A stretch of DNA of 64,000 nt from Eledone cirrhosa. Lineage: Eukaryota. Shown one piece after another: positions 37,494 to 51,556 of the stretch; position 1 is the first letter of the stretch; each line of letters begins with the position of its first letter. Position numbers and translations under genes: made by a program. The stretch covers positions 147,622,001 through 147,686,000 of the forward strand of contig OZ024743.1 of the NCBI GenBank assembly GCA_964016885.1, written 5' to 3'. The notes beneath the pieces were generated by a model. It was not told where the DNA came from. It worked only from the letters and a program-made list of their open reading frames with translations, and made no database searches.

Positions 37494-39439
37494 TTTTCTG
37501 CTTCTGTTGCCGCTGCAGTTGTTACTGCTGATGACAGGAGCAAAAACAATATCAATGATAACAATACAATTTATTTTTCGTTGCCACAAGGTCAGAAATA
37601 ATAAAAGAACAGAAAAGAAAACATTGAAAACTAACACAAGAAAGGGCGTGACAAATAAATAGAACATCTGAAAATATCTTCAATGATGAAAGATAGGGCT
37701 ATATAAAAAAAAAAAGAACAAGCAATTATATTTGTAAATCAAATAAATATGTAAATGAAATTTGCTAAAAGTGGAAAATGTACTATTCTACTTAAAGAAT
37801 AAGCCCCGCCACTACTCTGAACTTGCAGCAGATACATTATATGTGTTTCAGCAACATTTAACTCGAAGTTATATTCTTGACATATTTATGTATATTATTC
37901 ATATCTTCAATTCTCACCGAACATCCAAGCTTCACTGATGAGGTCCGAATAAGGCTAGCAGGAAAATGGAAATAATTTTACTCTTCAACTGATATCGGTT
38001 TTTCCAGATTGAAAATTTATTTCTAATTATATTTCTAACGGTTCGCGTAATAGATATTTTAGCACTAACTGATCTGTTCTCGATTGCTAAGGTTACTCTT
38101 AGCGTGTCCATTCTTCCTTTATTCTGCGAAAGTGTATTTATGCAAATTATCCAGCCAAATTAAGATGGTAGTGTGTGATATGATGACCATTTGGCTGTTA
38201 TTTCAAGCATGTCGACCGAACACGTAGCAGTTTTCTTGTCATCGCCTTACTTCTTTTATGAACTTTAGTTGAAGAAAACATATTGTTTTTTTTTCTTTTT
38301 CGTTCGCTTCCCCAACGAATTATTGTAGATTATTATTATTTCGTCGCATTGAGGTCAAATTTGCTTTTCATCATTCTGATGTCGATAAAAGCCCCAGTCA
38401 AGTACAGGGGGTTGGTTTTATTAACATTGCCCTTCCTCACATATTCGTAGGGTTTCTACCTAGATTAGAAAACATTATTTCATCGCATCACAAAATGTGC
38501 ATTTTAATTCTTTTGGACTCATCTACCAATTCTTTTAAAAGTCGCAAGATAAACCCAAATGTAAAGTAACCGATGGGTAGTGAACCCTTTGTTTCTTACA
38601 TCCCAAGCGTACTCAACTAGATGCATAATCATATCTAGGCAGTTAACTGGCCAGTTGAAGAAAGTTTAGATGTTGTTCCTATTACTGGTTCTTAAAATCT
38701 TCCAGGGAAGTATTTTGTATCTGCGTCTACAGTATCGCCTAGATATCGTTGTCCATCCGTTTCAGCAAGGGAAATATGACAATATGAAAATAGATGTTAC
38801 ACTTCATACAAAAGTAATTGACAAAACGAAATGAATTTTGATAAATGTCTCATGCCCCAATCGCTCATCGCAGCAGCCCGGACAAGGTGCAGTTCAAAGA
38901 CGATCACATTGATTAATATCGCTGAAGTTGTACACATGTCAACAGTGAATGAATATTGAGAACACCAGTTCCAGTTGTTTCTTATCTCACGATTGTAGAT
39001 TCAATTACAATGAAAAGGAAATATATTTAAAACTGAAAACATGTCCAGTGTGTCGAAGAATCTACAAGTTTCAATCAAAGCATCAGATGTGTTTTTTTTT
39101 TATTATAACATGCACTAATTTATTAGTATTGTTTGCTCTAAGAATTCTGTTGTAGTTGTTCAGTCCTATGCATACAGTGATAGAGCAATCAGATCTACGA
39201 TGAAAGGGGTTCCAGCAACCACCTTGAATATTTCAGATTTTCACTTATACTAAACCTACGACAACATATTTAAGACAATTTTAAGACATTTGTGTGTAAT
39301 TTCAAGAAGATTTACCTCTTATTTCTAGCAGAATTTGCAATGACTATGATACCGTTTTTTGTGAAAGCCCTAGACATTAAGATGTCAGTCTCCTGATCAT
39401 AATGTCGTGGATTTGATTCCTGAACCGGGTGAGGCACAG

Positions 39440-39870
39440 ACACTTTTCTCTTCGGCCAATCCCTCATCAACTTCAAGTTTCACATGGAAAGGAAGGTGAG
39501 GGGGGAGAGAGAAGTACCATCCCCCAGTACATTTGCTAAAAGGTGAATGAATGTGGCGAGAATAGCCCGTGTGAGTGGGTCTATTCTGACCATGCGCCTG
39601 TAGGCTGGCTTATTTGAGGAGGAGAGGGAAACGTTCCCCGGGTTCCCTAGAAGCATCGGGTGGTTCAAGATTAGTGGGGCAGCTGAGTCAGCCCTGGACC
39701 CCCCCCCCCCCTATTGGGGAATTTTTTTTGTTACGTTCGTGCATAGTTTATTTTATATTTTCATTGTTAAATTAGCCTTGCCATTGAGCACTTTTACTCG
39801 AGCGTATCGTAAACCCCACTGTCCGTTTCTTTGTATTATCCCCTACATGTCAGCCCTTGTGGCAATGTCA
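39440..39870 (+). mobile_element. 3' end fragment of an L1/Tx1-like element
   Basis: PSTFAKR*MNVARIARVSGSILTMRL* matches the C-terminus at ~49815-49898 (PSKFTERWVNEAKMVRVIGPSLSISL*); shares CCTTGTGGCAA at the 3' end. Confidence 0.7.
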
Positions 39871-40725
39871 GCAACGGAAATACCAGTTTAAAATAAAAAT
39901 ATCGTTTCTTTGGTCAAGTCTGTCGATCGGAATCTTTAATTCTTGCGTGTTGAATAATTGTTGAATAATTTGTTCATTGTTTCCGTAATTGATAGATTGT
40001 TTCCTTCATTGGTATTGAAGTTGTCACTAGTATTGTTGTTTGTACTCATGGGGGAATAAGCAATCGATAAACACGGTACAGTGTTCAGAAATTCTGTAGT
40101 AGAAACCCGGCATTTATCCATAGTGCTAATTTAAAGGGTACGTTTGCATTGCAAATATTTTCTGATTGGCTTCATATGATTACCGGTATCAGTTAAATTC
40201 ATATAATAATTGTCTCTAATTTTGACACAACCAACAATTAACCGAATACATTATTGATGTTTTATATTATCGACACCGTAAGGATGAATGTCAAAGTTAA
40301 CCTCCACAGGATAACTAATTTGGAAGAGGAAAGCTGCTGTTTTCATCGATTACTTTTGTTACTTTTGATTATTTCTTTATTATAAGGATTGGAAATTGAT
40401 AGAATCGATAGAGTATTGTCGGACGAAATGCTTTGTAGCACTTTGCTAAGTCGCTTTACGTCTTGACTTTTATCCTTCCGGGGTGTGTAGCATTATTCGT
40501 TTATTTATTTAGACCGTCTCTATATATATTTGTTAGAAATACAAACTAACTATTTATATGGTGTTTACTCAAGGATCAGCAAGCTGAAAAGCCGTCAGCA
40601 TATGTAAGTTCTGGAAGTTAAAAATAGACTGCCCTAGTTGGAGGGTGTTGTACATGGGGAACACCCAACCCACATAAACATACATAAATGTACATAAACA
40701 TAAACAAATTTATATATATATATAT

Positions 40726-40785
<60 letters not shown>

Positions 40786-41209
40786 GAAAGAGAGAGAAAG
40801 AGTTTTCCGAACAGTTTGAGTATAATTCCCATTGTTTATCTCCCTATCTCGTTATTTCTGTTCCCTGTATCTCTAAACAGCCGCTTTCTCCCGTCCCAGT
40901 CTATCTATCTATCTAACTACCTATCTTTATTTATATCTTTTTGATCAATTTCCCTTTATTTTTCTTACACAAAGTGCCCCCACTCAGCTGGCATAGGCCT
41001 TAGCAAAATATTTATTCCGACAGAGGGTAGTTGTAATTCTTATGTTAGCAATTGTAGAGCGACGATAATGATATTGGTACATCTTATTGTTGTGTAAACA
41101 TGTAGCTACTACAGGTTCATATTGATGTATGAGTGATAAAAAATTAAGCTGAAACAAAACATTACATGGCAAAGTAAACTAACTATCCCACATTCTCTTT
41201 CTCTCTACC

Positions 41210-41253
<44 letters not shown>

Positions 41254-41254
41254 C

Positions 41255-41710
41255 AAATACAAAATATAAAACGATCAAATTTTTTGTTTAATGCACTTAA
41301 TTGCTGATGATCGCTATCATTATGCATCTGTTTTATTTTAATTTATCTTTATTCGTGCTATTATTAACACTCTTTGTATAATAGGCTTGATATATTGACT
41401 TTAAATAATACTCTCTTTATAATACCTTTCAATATTTTACTATCTTTACACTGTAATATCATTTTGTTCTTCTTGCCTAACTGACACTATTGATAATAAT
41501 GTATCTTAGTGAATGTTCTAAAGACTAGGAATGTAATTACTTGTATATTTTCCTACTAATCCAGACAGTTGTCTGGAAGAAACGATCGTCAGCAATTAAA
41601 TGAATTAAACAAAAATTTGATTGTTTTATATTTTGTATTTCTGCTCTGTCATACATCTGATATATTACATTGAGCTAATTTTCTACTGGCAATTGGGTAA
41701 TACAAAATAT
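41255..41710 (+). mobile_element. AT-rich element with inverted ~58-bp segment and decayed HHR (41553-41593)
   Basis: 41255-41313 is inverted at 41583-41640; tccagac agtt gtctgga-a-GAAAC-gatc-GTC; core box mutated. Confidence 0.6.
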
Positions 41711-41952
41711 TAGCCTTTCTTATTTATAATTGTATATAGATTATATATATAACTATAAATATTATTATTATTGCATATATATATATATATAGGACTGGAA
41801 TATATGCATATGTAAATCAGAATAGATGCAGTAAAACCATTTACACCATCGATACTTGGGGTATTAGAGTAGGGAATATGAGGTTCGGATACACCTGTTG
41901 AAACGGCAGGAGGTGAGCGGTCGTGGTCCAGAAATTTTCCTATATCTATGTA

Positions 41953-42005
<53 letters not shown>

Positions 42006-42029
42006 CCACAGACCCTCCATCTCAACTCA

Positions 42030-42067
42030 CCTTTTGAAAAGCAGAAGAACTGCGAAACCGGTAAAGG
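42030..42067 (+). ncRNA. Minimal hammerhead motif with U3-A8 core (TTGAAAA)
   Basis: cctt-TTGAAAA-gcag aagaa ctgc-GAAAC-cg-GTA-aagg; all stems perfect; palindromic ACCGGT. Confidence 0.75.
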
Positions 42068-42179
42068 AACCAAATAAATATATATATTTTTTAACAAAAT
42101 AAGACTTCAGTTGCATTTTCGATTTCATCTTTTTTTCTTTATACTTCCACTCGTGTAGGACACCTCGGTTATTTTTCAT

Positions 42180-42211
<32 letters not shown>

Positions 42212-42217
42212 CATCAC

Positions 42218-42250
<33 letters not shown>

Positions 42251-42351
42251 ATGCGATGAAATACCCATGATCGTTTGGTAAATCACTGATGAGGGACTCA
42301 TTTTATAACATGTTATCCATGTGCAACCAGCAGTATTCTTCTCACCCATAT

Positions 42352-42428
<77 letters not shown>

Positions 42429-42910
42429 AAGAGAAAAGTAGTTCCATAGTAGTTAGTTCACCATACCCAGATCCGCTTAAGATGAAATGTTTGTTCTCGG
42501 TATGTTGAACTAACTGTTGTGGAAATACTATCAAACTTGTCCCATGGACTGAGTGGTCTACTACTATGGATATATATACGGGAAATTACATGAAAAAGGC
42601 AAATATGCTTAGAGCTAATTGTATGAGAGTTAACAATATGTGACGAAGAAAGTCAGTTAGACATATGGAAACGAAACCAAAGCTCTTATTTTGTTGAGAT
42701 CTACCTAAAAATATATATACATAATGTTGACTGATGATCATGTGAGGACAACAGTGAAAGAAAGAACAGAACAACAAGACTCATCACAAAGCCATTAAAA
42801 CCTAATTCTGTATTGAGTTCTCATACTTACGTCCGTCAACATCACACGGATGTATATATATATATATATATACACATAGAGTCCATAACACCAATCAAAC
42901 TCCTTTTATA

Positions 42911-42955
42911 GCTCTGACGAATCCTACGGTTACGTAAGGAAGAAACATTGTAAGC
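42911..42955 (+). ncRNA. Type I hammerhead ribozyme (family G relative)
   Basis: gct-CTGACGA-a-tcct acg gtta cgt a agga-a-GAAAC-att-GTA-agc, then AATAAA and a tail similar to 24600-24660. Confidence 0.8.
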
Positions 42956-43048
42956 CAATAAAAATCTTTTGATGTTGTAGACGCTCTTGTGTTCTTTATC
43001 ATATATATACACATATACATATATATATGTGTGTGTATATATATATAT

Positions 43049-43229
43049 AACGAAGGAATTGTGGTAAGGAACCAGATGGACCATAACGCACCAGAGTACT
43101 CAATACTTAGGGTAGTAGAGTGGGTAATATGAAAAAATTATGACCCCGACGACAGAGCTCAAGCCGTTTCTGGTCCAGAAATAGCCGTCGAAACGGCTTG
43201 AGCTCTGCCGTCGGGCTCATAATTTTTCC

Positions 43230-43232
<3 letters not shown>
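43049..43232. mobile_element. Short family C pLTR fragment with fold-back
   Basis: 43049-43170 is the reverse complement of the 5941-6060-type end; 43172-43232 is an inverted partial copy. Confidence 0.85.
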
Positions 43233-43284
<52 letters not shown>

Positions 43285-43291
43285 ATATATG

Positions 43292-43323
<32 letters not shown>

Positions 43324-44032
43324 AATGTGTGTGTATGTAAGTGTGTGTACAAATATATAAAGAGAGAAAATGACAAAGAATAGTTCAGAGCCGTTTTCTT
43401 AGATGGTTTTTATTGTTTAAATATGATCGAAAATACACGCAGCAAAATACTTTATATAGATAGCATACCACTATTATACATTTGTACAGCTTGCCTCTAA
43501 TGAATAGGTCTAGAAATCTCTTATCGTTAGTGCTTAATAAACATAACATATGGATTTTGAATAAAGAATAAGAACATTTTTTTGTTCTTGTTACAAGTAG
43601 CGATATTTCGAGCACATCAAGAACAGTTACCCTATTATTTTCTAATTAATATTCTTATATCTTGAGAATGCCCATAGACCAAAAACATATGAGAGATAAA
43701 GAGAGAAGGAATTAGAGCGAGAAAGAGAGCGTATAAGAGCACACACACACATACGTGTGTGTGTGTGTGTGGGGGGGGGGTGCGTTCGCGTACAGGCTGA
43801 GTCATAAGTAACCGGGTAGTCAATGCATTTTTATAGCAAGGTTCACAGTTAATGTTTTGAACAACCGCTTATTTGTGTGTGATCACTGATCACTGGTCAC
43901 TGATCGGCTATGGTTATACATCTTACTATGTTTTTTGGCGTATGTAATATTTCGTAGTATATGACCAGAATTTTAGTAAATATTATCATTTGGAATATGC
44001 ATGCTGGACTGCTTGGCTACTTATGACATACC

Positions 44033-44159
<127 letters not shown>

Positions 44160-45594
44160 CAGAAAGAGAGAGAGAAGGAGAGAGTCAGAGAAAGAAAGCA
44201 AATATTACAGATTCATACATGCAAGATTTGTGTGAATCAGTCAGCGGCCAAAGATAATGGCTTTTACAGCTGAGTTTGCAATAATGACAGTTGATATAAG
44301 ATATATCAATTTCGTTCTTGCCTCTTATTAGAAAATTCATTTTTTTTCTTCTTCAGTTATTAACCACAGTTGTCTCAGGTGTATTCCTCATTCATACATT
44401 TTCTCAAGTTCTTATGAAAGTCTTTGATGAACGTCACAGCATAAAAATTTATAAACCAATTACGTGACTTCTTGATAAGAATCAAGCTGACTACTTTGCC
44501 TCCAGTTTTCGACCACGATTGAAATTTCGCTCTATAATCATATTCAATTAATTTAGATATCCATTTCTTTCGTGCTCTTTATTATATTAATGTTTGCCCA
44601 TCGTTTTCAATACCACCTACTTGTTTACTAATAACAGTACCTTTTATTCGCTTTTAATCTTTCCGCCTCACACAGATTTTCATTTTCAACTGAAAAGGTC
44701 CGCATTTTTATATGTATTCAGAGTTACAAACGCAGTTATACTATTATTCATTAATTGATATTAATATATGTATGAAATTTAAATGTGGCTAATGGATTTA
44801 TTAATGTACACTAGTAATATTCTACTCTGTTAGGATTGGGTCACTATTCAATCTTCTGTTTCAATTCTTTTTCCCGTGCAGCTATATTTTAGGGATGAGT
44901 TAACTGGCTTGACTTTGACTTAAATTCACTCGCAAGAAGTATAATTGTCTATGAGCCGTACTATACAAAGCATGTTGAGGAAAAACACACACCGTTCCTA
45001 CTTGCAATATAGAATACTTAGCTTTGGAGGAATTTAAACAGGCATTCTATGTTTTACCATTAACTGATCACATCTCACGACGACGACCAGATGAAATAGA
45101 AAGTCAAAGGAAATAATTTATTGAGAGAATGATACAAAAAGACGGCACTATAATATGAGTTCCTTATTGCTAACAATATTGAATTCGGTTAAACAAACAA
45201 TTATATCCTTTTACTTAGACTACAAGATTAATAGCAATTTACTTATTCCAACAGAGGTTGTAAATTAATAGAATTCCTTTTAATAAAATTCATTCACCTG
45301 ATTTTGATTCCATGTCGAATGAAGCCTCAGAAAGCAGTTGTTGCATTGTTTATGCTGGTTGTAGGCTTACCTGTTATACTGGCAAATTGCCGGTGGACCT
45401 GTGGTCGAGTGATTAGTTCTGGGCATCTGATCCGAGCGGAACTTGAACGTAGAATACAAAACGCCGCAACATATCACGTCCGATACTTTAATACGCAGAC
45501 TCAGACACGAACACACGAGCACACACCAAACAGAATAGACGCATACAAATGTGTGCATAAACAGAGACAAAAAATAATAGAAACACAAGAGAAA

Positions 45595-45639
45595 ATCACT
45601 GAAGATGTCACAAAAAATGTGTGGCGAAAGAACTTTGGG
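45595..45639 (+). ncRNA. Hammerhead motif (family D relative)
   Basis: atca-CTGAAGA-t-gtcaca aaaaatg tgtggc-GAAAG-aa-CTT-tggg; same GAAAGAACTTTG as at 13809-13820 (-). Downstream 45960-46050 resembles 14090-14175. Confidence 0.7.
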
Positions 45640-45693
45640 AATCTTTGAGAAAATATATTTATATTTGGAATTAGTATTGGTGCTCTGAAATAA

Positions 45694-45739
<46 letters not shown>

Positions 45740-45744
<5 letters not shown>

Positions 45745-45868
45745 TGTATGTATAGTATATTTGATAATATACTGTATGTCTATTTTAAAACATTTTGAAG
45801 ACAATTCGCTATAAAATGTTTTTAAAAAACATACAGTATATCATCAAATATAGTATACATACATTCAC
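45740..45868. repeat. ~130-bp imperfect palindrome
   Basis: tgaatgtatgtatagtatatttga... / ...tcaaatatagtatacatacattca. Confidence 0.85.
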
Positions 45869-46159
45869 ATATTTATATTTGTATTTTTAAATGTTGGTCA
45901 ATAAATGATAAACATTGATTCCCAGCTAAATTATTTATAATGAGATATACTGATCTGAAGCGAACACCAAACCAAACCAAAGAGTGAGTGTGATTTATAA
46001 ATAATTTTCGCAATATTAGGGCAACATGGCCCTCCCCAAATATAACAATATACGTTTCAACACATGATTTCATATCATTAACCTTGGAAAAAAAATGCAT
46101 CGCTGTTTATATATATCTGCTATACAAATAACAAACAACGGATGATTATTGCTGTAAGT

Positions 46160-49100
46160 CGTTTAATAATACTAAATCCCGAGTGCCCTGAGGATAACCA
46201 ATTACAACCGGTTAGCTACATACTATATGCCTGTAAAATGGAGATTGGCTTGGGCAAAACACCAGAAAACCTCAGCAACAATTATGAAGGCCTTCAACTC
46301 CATGCGAACATTTAAAGAGTGACGTCTCTACGTCTGTGCAGTCAGTTATCTTTAAAAAACCAATAAACCGTGTCCTGTTGAAATGTTTCCCCACCCCACC
46401 AGAATTGAAATGGAGATTGAACAACCCAGGAAACGAAAAGGTCAGTGCACCTTTTCGTCCTTTTCGCCAACTCTTTTCCACCAACATGGCTGACTTACGA
46501 GGTGGAAGCGTGAATGTGCGTGGCCTACGGATGCCCTGGAAACAGGGCCAACTTTTAAGCGACCTTAGGTCACACGGTATAGATATAATAGCCATCACTG
46601 AGTCCAGGATCCACAACAGGCAGCAACTAACCCTCATTTTCAATGACTTTGTGATCCACGCATCTCTCTGTCAGCCGGGAGGTGGAGGGGGTGTGACTGT
46701 CATGTTTCGGAAAAACCTGGATCTCGAAGTACAGAAAGTACACTTGGACCCGAAGGGTAGACTGGTAGTCCTAGACGTGAAAAGTATTGGAGGTGGAGCC
46801 TTCAGACTGGTGGCCGTTTATGCGCCGACCGGGAAATCACAATCGCGGCCAGACTTCTTTAAGCGTCTAGAGTCTTTTCTGGGAACGTCTCGCCTCTTGC
46901 TTTTAGTGGGGGACTGAAATGGTATCCTAGATGCACGATGGGACTATGTGGGAGCATGTTCCAGGAGAGCGGGGTGAAACAGCCTCAAAACTCTAATCGG
47001 CCAATACCAACTGGCCGACAGATATCGACTAGATTTTCCGACTGCACCACAGTGGACGTGTGCAAATCACAGTGGGACATCTAGATCGTATCTAGATAGG
47101 GTTTTCATTAGAGAGAAGGACAAGAAGATGTTAAGCTGTGCACAAATGTACATGATTGCCTATTCAGATCACAAACTAGACGTCTGCATAGAAGGACCCG
47201 GATACTGGAAACTGAACGTGTCGTTGCCGGCACGAAAAGTCTACAGTGAACGGATAAGTAGATTAGTTAAGCAAGAGTTGACGGTAGCCATCGTCAACAT
47301 AGATGGTGGTACTCTCTCAAGAGAGCAATTAGAGGAGAATCGATAGGGTTTAGCAGAGAATTAGCTTTAGAGAAAAACAAATCAGAAACAGAACTAGTAT
47401 CCAAGGTAGAAGAGGAGCTTATGAGTGGCAACGCAGCTAGAGTGCTAGCATCGAGAACGGCACTGGACCAGTTCTTCGACGCGAAATACAAAGGCTGCGT
47501 GGTCAGAAGTAAATCACGTGCTCTAGGAAACGAGGGAGCAAAAGCTGTTAGCTGGTCCCGAGTGGCGGAAGCGATAAACAGCAACAAGTCCACGATTCGG
47601 TCTTTGAAAGACCAAAACGGACGCGTGCTACTTGACCCCAGGCAGATGTGAGCGGCCTTTCAGTGGCACTTTGCGCGACTGTTTGAGCAGAATGACGGTG
47701 CACCGAACGGAGCAATGGACTTTGATTTATACCTCGACGGCCTGCCGCGTCTCTCGAACATGGGCGCCGAGTTCTACGAAAGATCAATCACAGTCACTGA
47801 GATACAGGACGCTCTGGGCCGCTGCGAGAAACGTAACTCACCCGATCTAGATGGTCTACCCTATGAGTTTTACATAGGAATGCCGGACTTGTTCTCTGGC
47901 GTCCTCGAAACTGTCTATGGCAATTGACAACAGAACGGGAGAATTCCTAGTTATGCAGGTAAGGGCGTAGTAACGCTGATCAGGAAAGACGAGAACAAGG
48001 GGGACGAAATAAACGATTTCATCCCCATAACTCTGCTCAACACAGAGTTAAAGATTTTGGCCAAGGTGCTAGCAACGAGGCTGGCGCTTGACGGAAGCCT
48101 GGTAGGGAAAGCGCAAACGTGTGCAATACCGACCAGGTCCATACACGACAACCTCCAACTCATGCGATACATCATAGAGAGGGTAGAGTGTAAACCCGGC
48201 TTCGGTGGAGCTCTGATCAATTTAGATCATTCTAAGCCATTCGATAGGGTCGACCATAGAGACTTGGAAGCGGCTCTGAAGGCGGCCGGTTTCAGTCCCG
48301 TTTTCAGAGGCTGGATCAAGGCGATGCATACCAGCATCTGCTCGAAGGTCAAGGTGAACGGCTACCTATCAGAGCCGTTCGCAATCACGCGTTCCATTCC
48401 ACAGGGATGCCCTCTCTCCTCCTCCATTCTGTACGTATTGACTCTAGAGCCACTACTGCGGAAGTTGGAGCTTTTGCAGGGCATCTCTTTAGAACCAGGA
48501 CTGCGAAAAGCGGCGTGCGCTTATGCCGACGAGGTGACGGTAATGGTGTCAAAAACCTCGGAAATCGAGGTAATCGGCAACCTGCTACAGGAATACGGAA
48601 GGTTCACAGGAGAAAAACTGAACCCGGACAAGTCTGTCGGTTTGCAACTCGGAACGTGGAGAGGCAAACCGATGCCCTCCGACAGCGTCGTCGGACGCTG
48701 GACGGAAGGACCAGTGAAATTGCTCGGGGTCTGGTTCGGTCCAGACCTCCAGGTGGAGAAAAACAGGAAAGAGGTCATGGCCAAGGTATTTGCGCTCACC
48801 TAGAAGTGGGCAGAGTGCAAACTGTCATTGAAAAGTCGAACGGAGGTGGCGAACACTATCATAGCTTCCGTCATCTACTACCGCTTGTCTGCCGTGCCTT
48901 GTCCCCGTGAATACCTCACCAAAATGAAACGCATGCTTTTCCAGTTCTTGTGGAAGAAGCAGGCTCCACTGGAGATCCGTCTGCTGTCAACATACTTTCA
49001 ACGGAGGGCTGGGCATGCCGTGGCTAATGATGTGCAAACATGCAATGAGGCTACGGCATCTCCAGGTATTCCTCACCGACCAACCGGTGTGGGCACTGTT

Positions 49101-50180
49101 TGTGAGACAGGCCTTCCACAACTTGTCTCGCTGATGGAACTGCAGTCCTGTGTCAAGCGAATACCGAAGAATATGGGCGCCTGGAATATTGAATGCGTCC
49201 AGGCGCTCACAGTCCTCTGTCAAGCGGGCACAGCAATCAGTGGAGACTTCACTTCGACATTCTATAGAGGGTTAGTACTTTACAAGTGCGACGACGTGCT
49301 CGGGGAGACTTCAGGCGTCGAAGACGACGAGCTCACCAGTCTGTTCGGTAGGACTCTCCTCCCGGGACCTATGGACAACTTCCAGACGTCCGTGGCCCGG
49401 CAGTGTTACCAAGGAGCTCTACCCGTTCGAGATAAGATCTACAGGCACGGACGCCCCGGCAGAGATCCTTCCAAAAGGACCTGTACAAGATGCGAGCAGG
49501 ACATTGAAACTGTCTTGCACGCAATTGTACACTGCCCAGGCGTAAGCGACCTGTGGAAGTATGCAGAACAACTGCTGTCGCGTATGGGACAAATCCAGTT
49601 GACTGCCGCGTCCATAGTAAGGAACAAACCGCCAGCCTCTTTCAAAAACGAAAGCGAGGCGGTTTTCCTCTGTACAGTGGCTATGGTGAAAGAGGTTATA
49701 TGGTGAACGAGATTAAGAGGACTGAGGACAGAGGCCTTTCTCTCCGGACAACAATTGATTCCCTTCTTTAAGTATCACTTTAGAAGGAGAATCAGAGTGG
49801 AGAGAGAGGCACTGCACCCCAGTAAATTTACTGAAAGGTGGGTGAATGAAGCGAAAATGGTCCGAGTTATTGGGCCTTCTCTATCTATAAGCCTGTAGGT
49901 TAAAGAGGAGAGCCAAAGGAAGAAAGGAGCACTTGCACAACACGCTCCTGAAGTTGAGGGTTGTTCTATCGACGGGGTATTAAACAACCCATTTGTGGCG
50001 CCTCCCCCCCTCCCTATTGGGGATTTCGATTGGTATAATTGCTTGTTTCAATATTTTTACACGACTGTATGTAAAATCCCCGGCATGTGTCTTTGTATTG
50101 TCCCTTTTTCTTGTGCGTCCTTGTGGCAAATAAAGAAATATATCTTTAACAGAGCAAAAAGAAAGAAAAAAAAACGCAAC
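46160..50180 (+). mobile_element. L1/Tx1-clade LINE, degenerate (ORF1 remnant, ORF2, 3' UTR, A-rich tail)
   Basis: APE endonuclease, RT and Zn finger in broken frames; AATAAA ~50128 and A-rich tail ~50156-50175. Confidence 0.9.
46486..49898 (+). pseudogene. L1/Tx1 ORF2 (APE endonuclease - RT - CCHC), many stops and frameshifts
   Basis: SVNVRGL, IIAITES, VAVYAP, LVGD, SYLDR, SDHK, GPGYWKLN, SPDLDGLPYEFY, PITLLNTELKILAKVLATRL, LDHSKPFDRVDH, QGCPLS, AYADE, KLLGVWF, CTRCEQDIETVLHAIVHCP. Confidence 0.92.
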
Positions 50181-50817
50181 AAAAATACTCCCCGAAACAA
50201 ACAAACAAACAAACAAATAAAATAATTTCATATTCTGGTTAAAAATATCTGTCTGAATTTCTTCTAGAAACAACTGTTGTCTCCACATCTATATTTAATT
50301 TATCATCGTTACACATACGAGATCATCAGACAAACCACTCAACTTTTCTAGATAATCACCAAGATGAGCAACAGTGTCAGCTTTATAATTATTAATAATA
50401 GTATCATCACAAACAGTATTTTCTACCCCCCCCCCCCCCCCTTTCACCACTACCCCTCCATTCTCCCTCCCCTCCTCCTTATCACCATCATTATCATCAT
50501 CATCATCATCATCATCATGATCAATATTTTCATCATTATTATCGTCAACACCGCATCATTACAAGCATCACCATTGGAAACATAATCGCAATGGAAACAT
50601 AATCTGAATGCTGTTGCTGATGATGGTGCTTGTGATTATAAAGATGATGATGATGGCGATCAGACATATCATAATGATCACGATGAAGATCACAGTAATT
50701 ATCAATACTGTGAGTATGAGAAATCATTGATGTGTCAGTCATACTGGATATTTCATCTTCATTACAAAAGAAAAAAAAAAACAAAAAAAAAAACAAGAAG
50801 CAAAATAAACGAACAAA

Positions 50818-50852
<35 letters not shown>

Positions 50853-51496
50853 ATAGAAAATCTTAAACAAAATTAAATTAAAAGTCGAAAAAGAAAATTA
50901 CCTAGAAAAGATATTTAATTTTTAAAAATAATTAATAATATTGATAATAAAGTTTAGTTGGCTGAATTTGAAACATTCTGGCAAGGAAACGATGAAGAGA
51001 AATAACATGAAGAAAAAATTGGTGTTGAAAAATTGTTGTTTGGTATCATCATTGAGTCTGTGTAACTAATTAATAATCATGTTTGATATAAAATGACGAA
51101 GATATCAGTGCATAAATAATTGGCAAAACGATATCTATGCAGTGTAGGAATGAAAATGTGGTGGAGTCGATATATTTCACAACGATGGAACTAAGGGTTG
51201 GTTGTTGCTCAGATATATACATGTACTGAGTCATAGGTTTCTTAGTTTTTGCGTTTTAGTTATCATTAAAACTTTACCATCTTTGTGAATTTGAAAATGT
51301 TGCTTATAACCTCACAAACACATGTAAGTATGCATGTATGTGTTTATGTACGTATTGATGTATGTTTATGTGAATGCCTATCATATTTTTCCTCATACGT
51401 CGATATACGACAGAAATGTCCAACACATTACACACACACACGCATATATATTTAATTATTTATTTACTCACGTATATACACTACTACTACTACTAT

Positions 51497-51555
<59 letters not shown>

Positions 51556-51556
51556 A

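Noticed and set aside
37935-37965. CTGATGAG boxes here and at ~42286 and ~42731, and CTGAGGA at ~46188
   Set aside because: No properly placed stem II plus GAAA.
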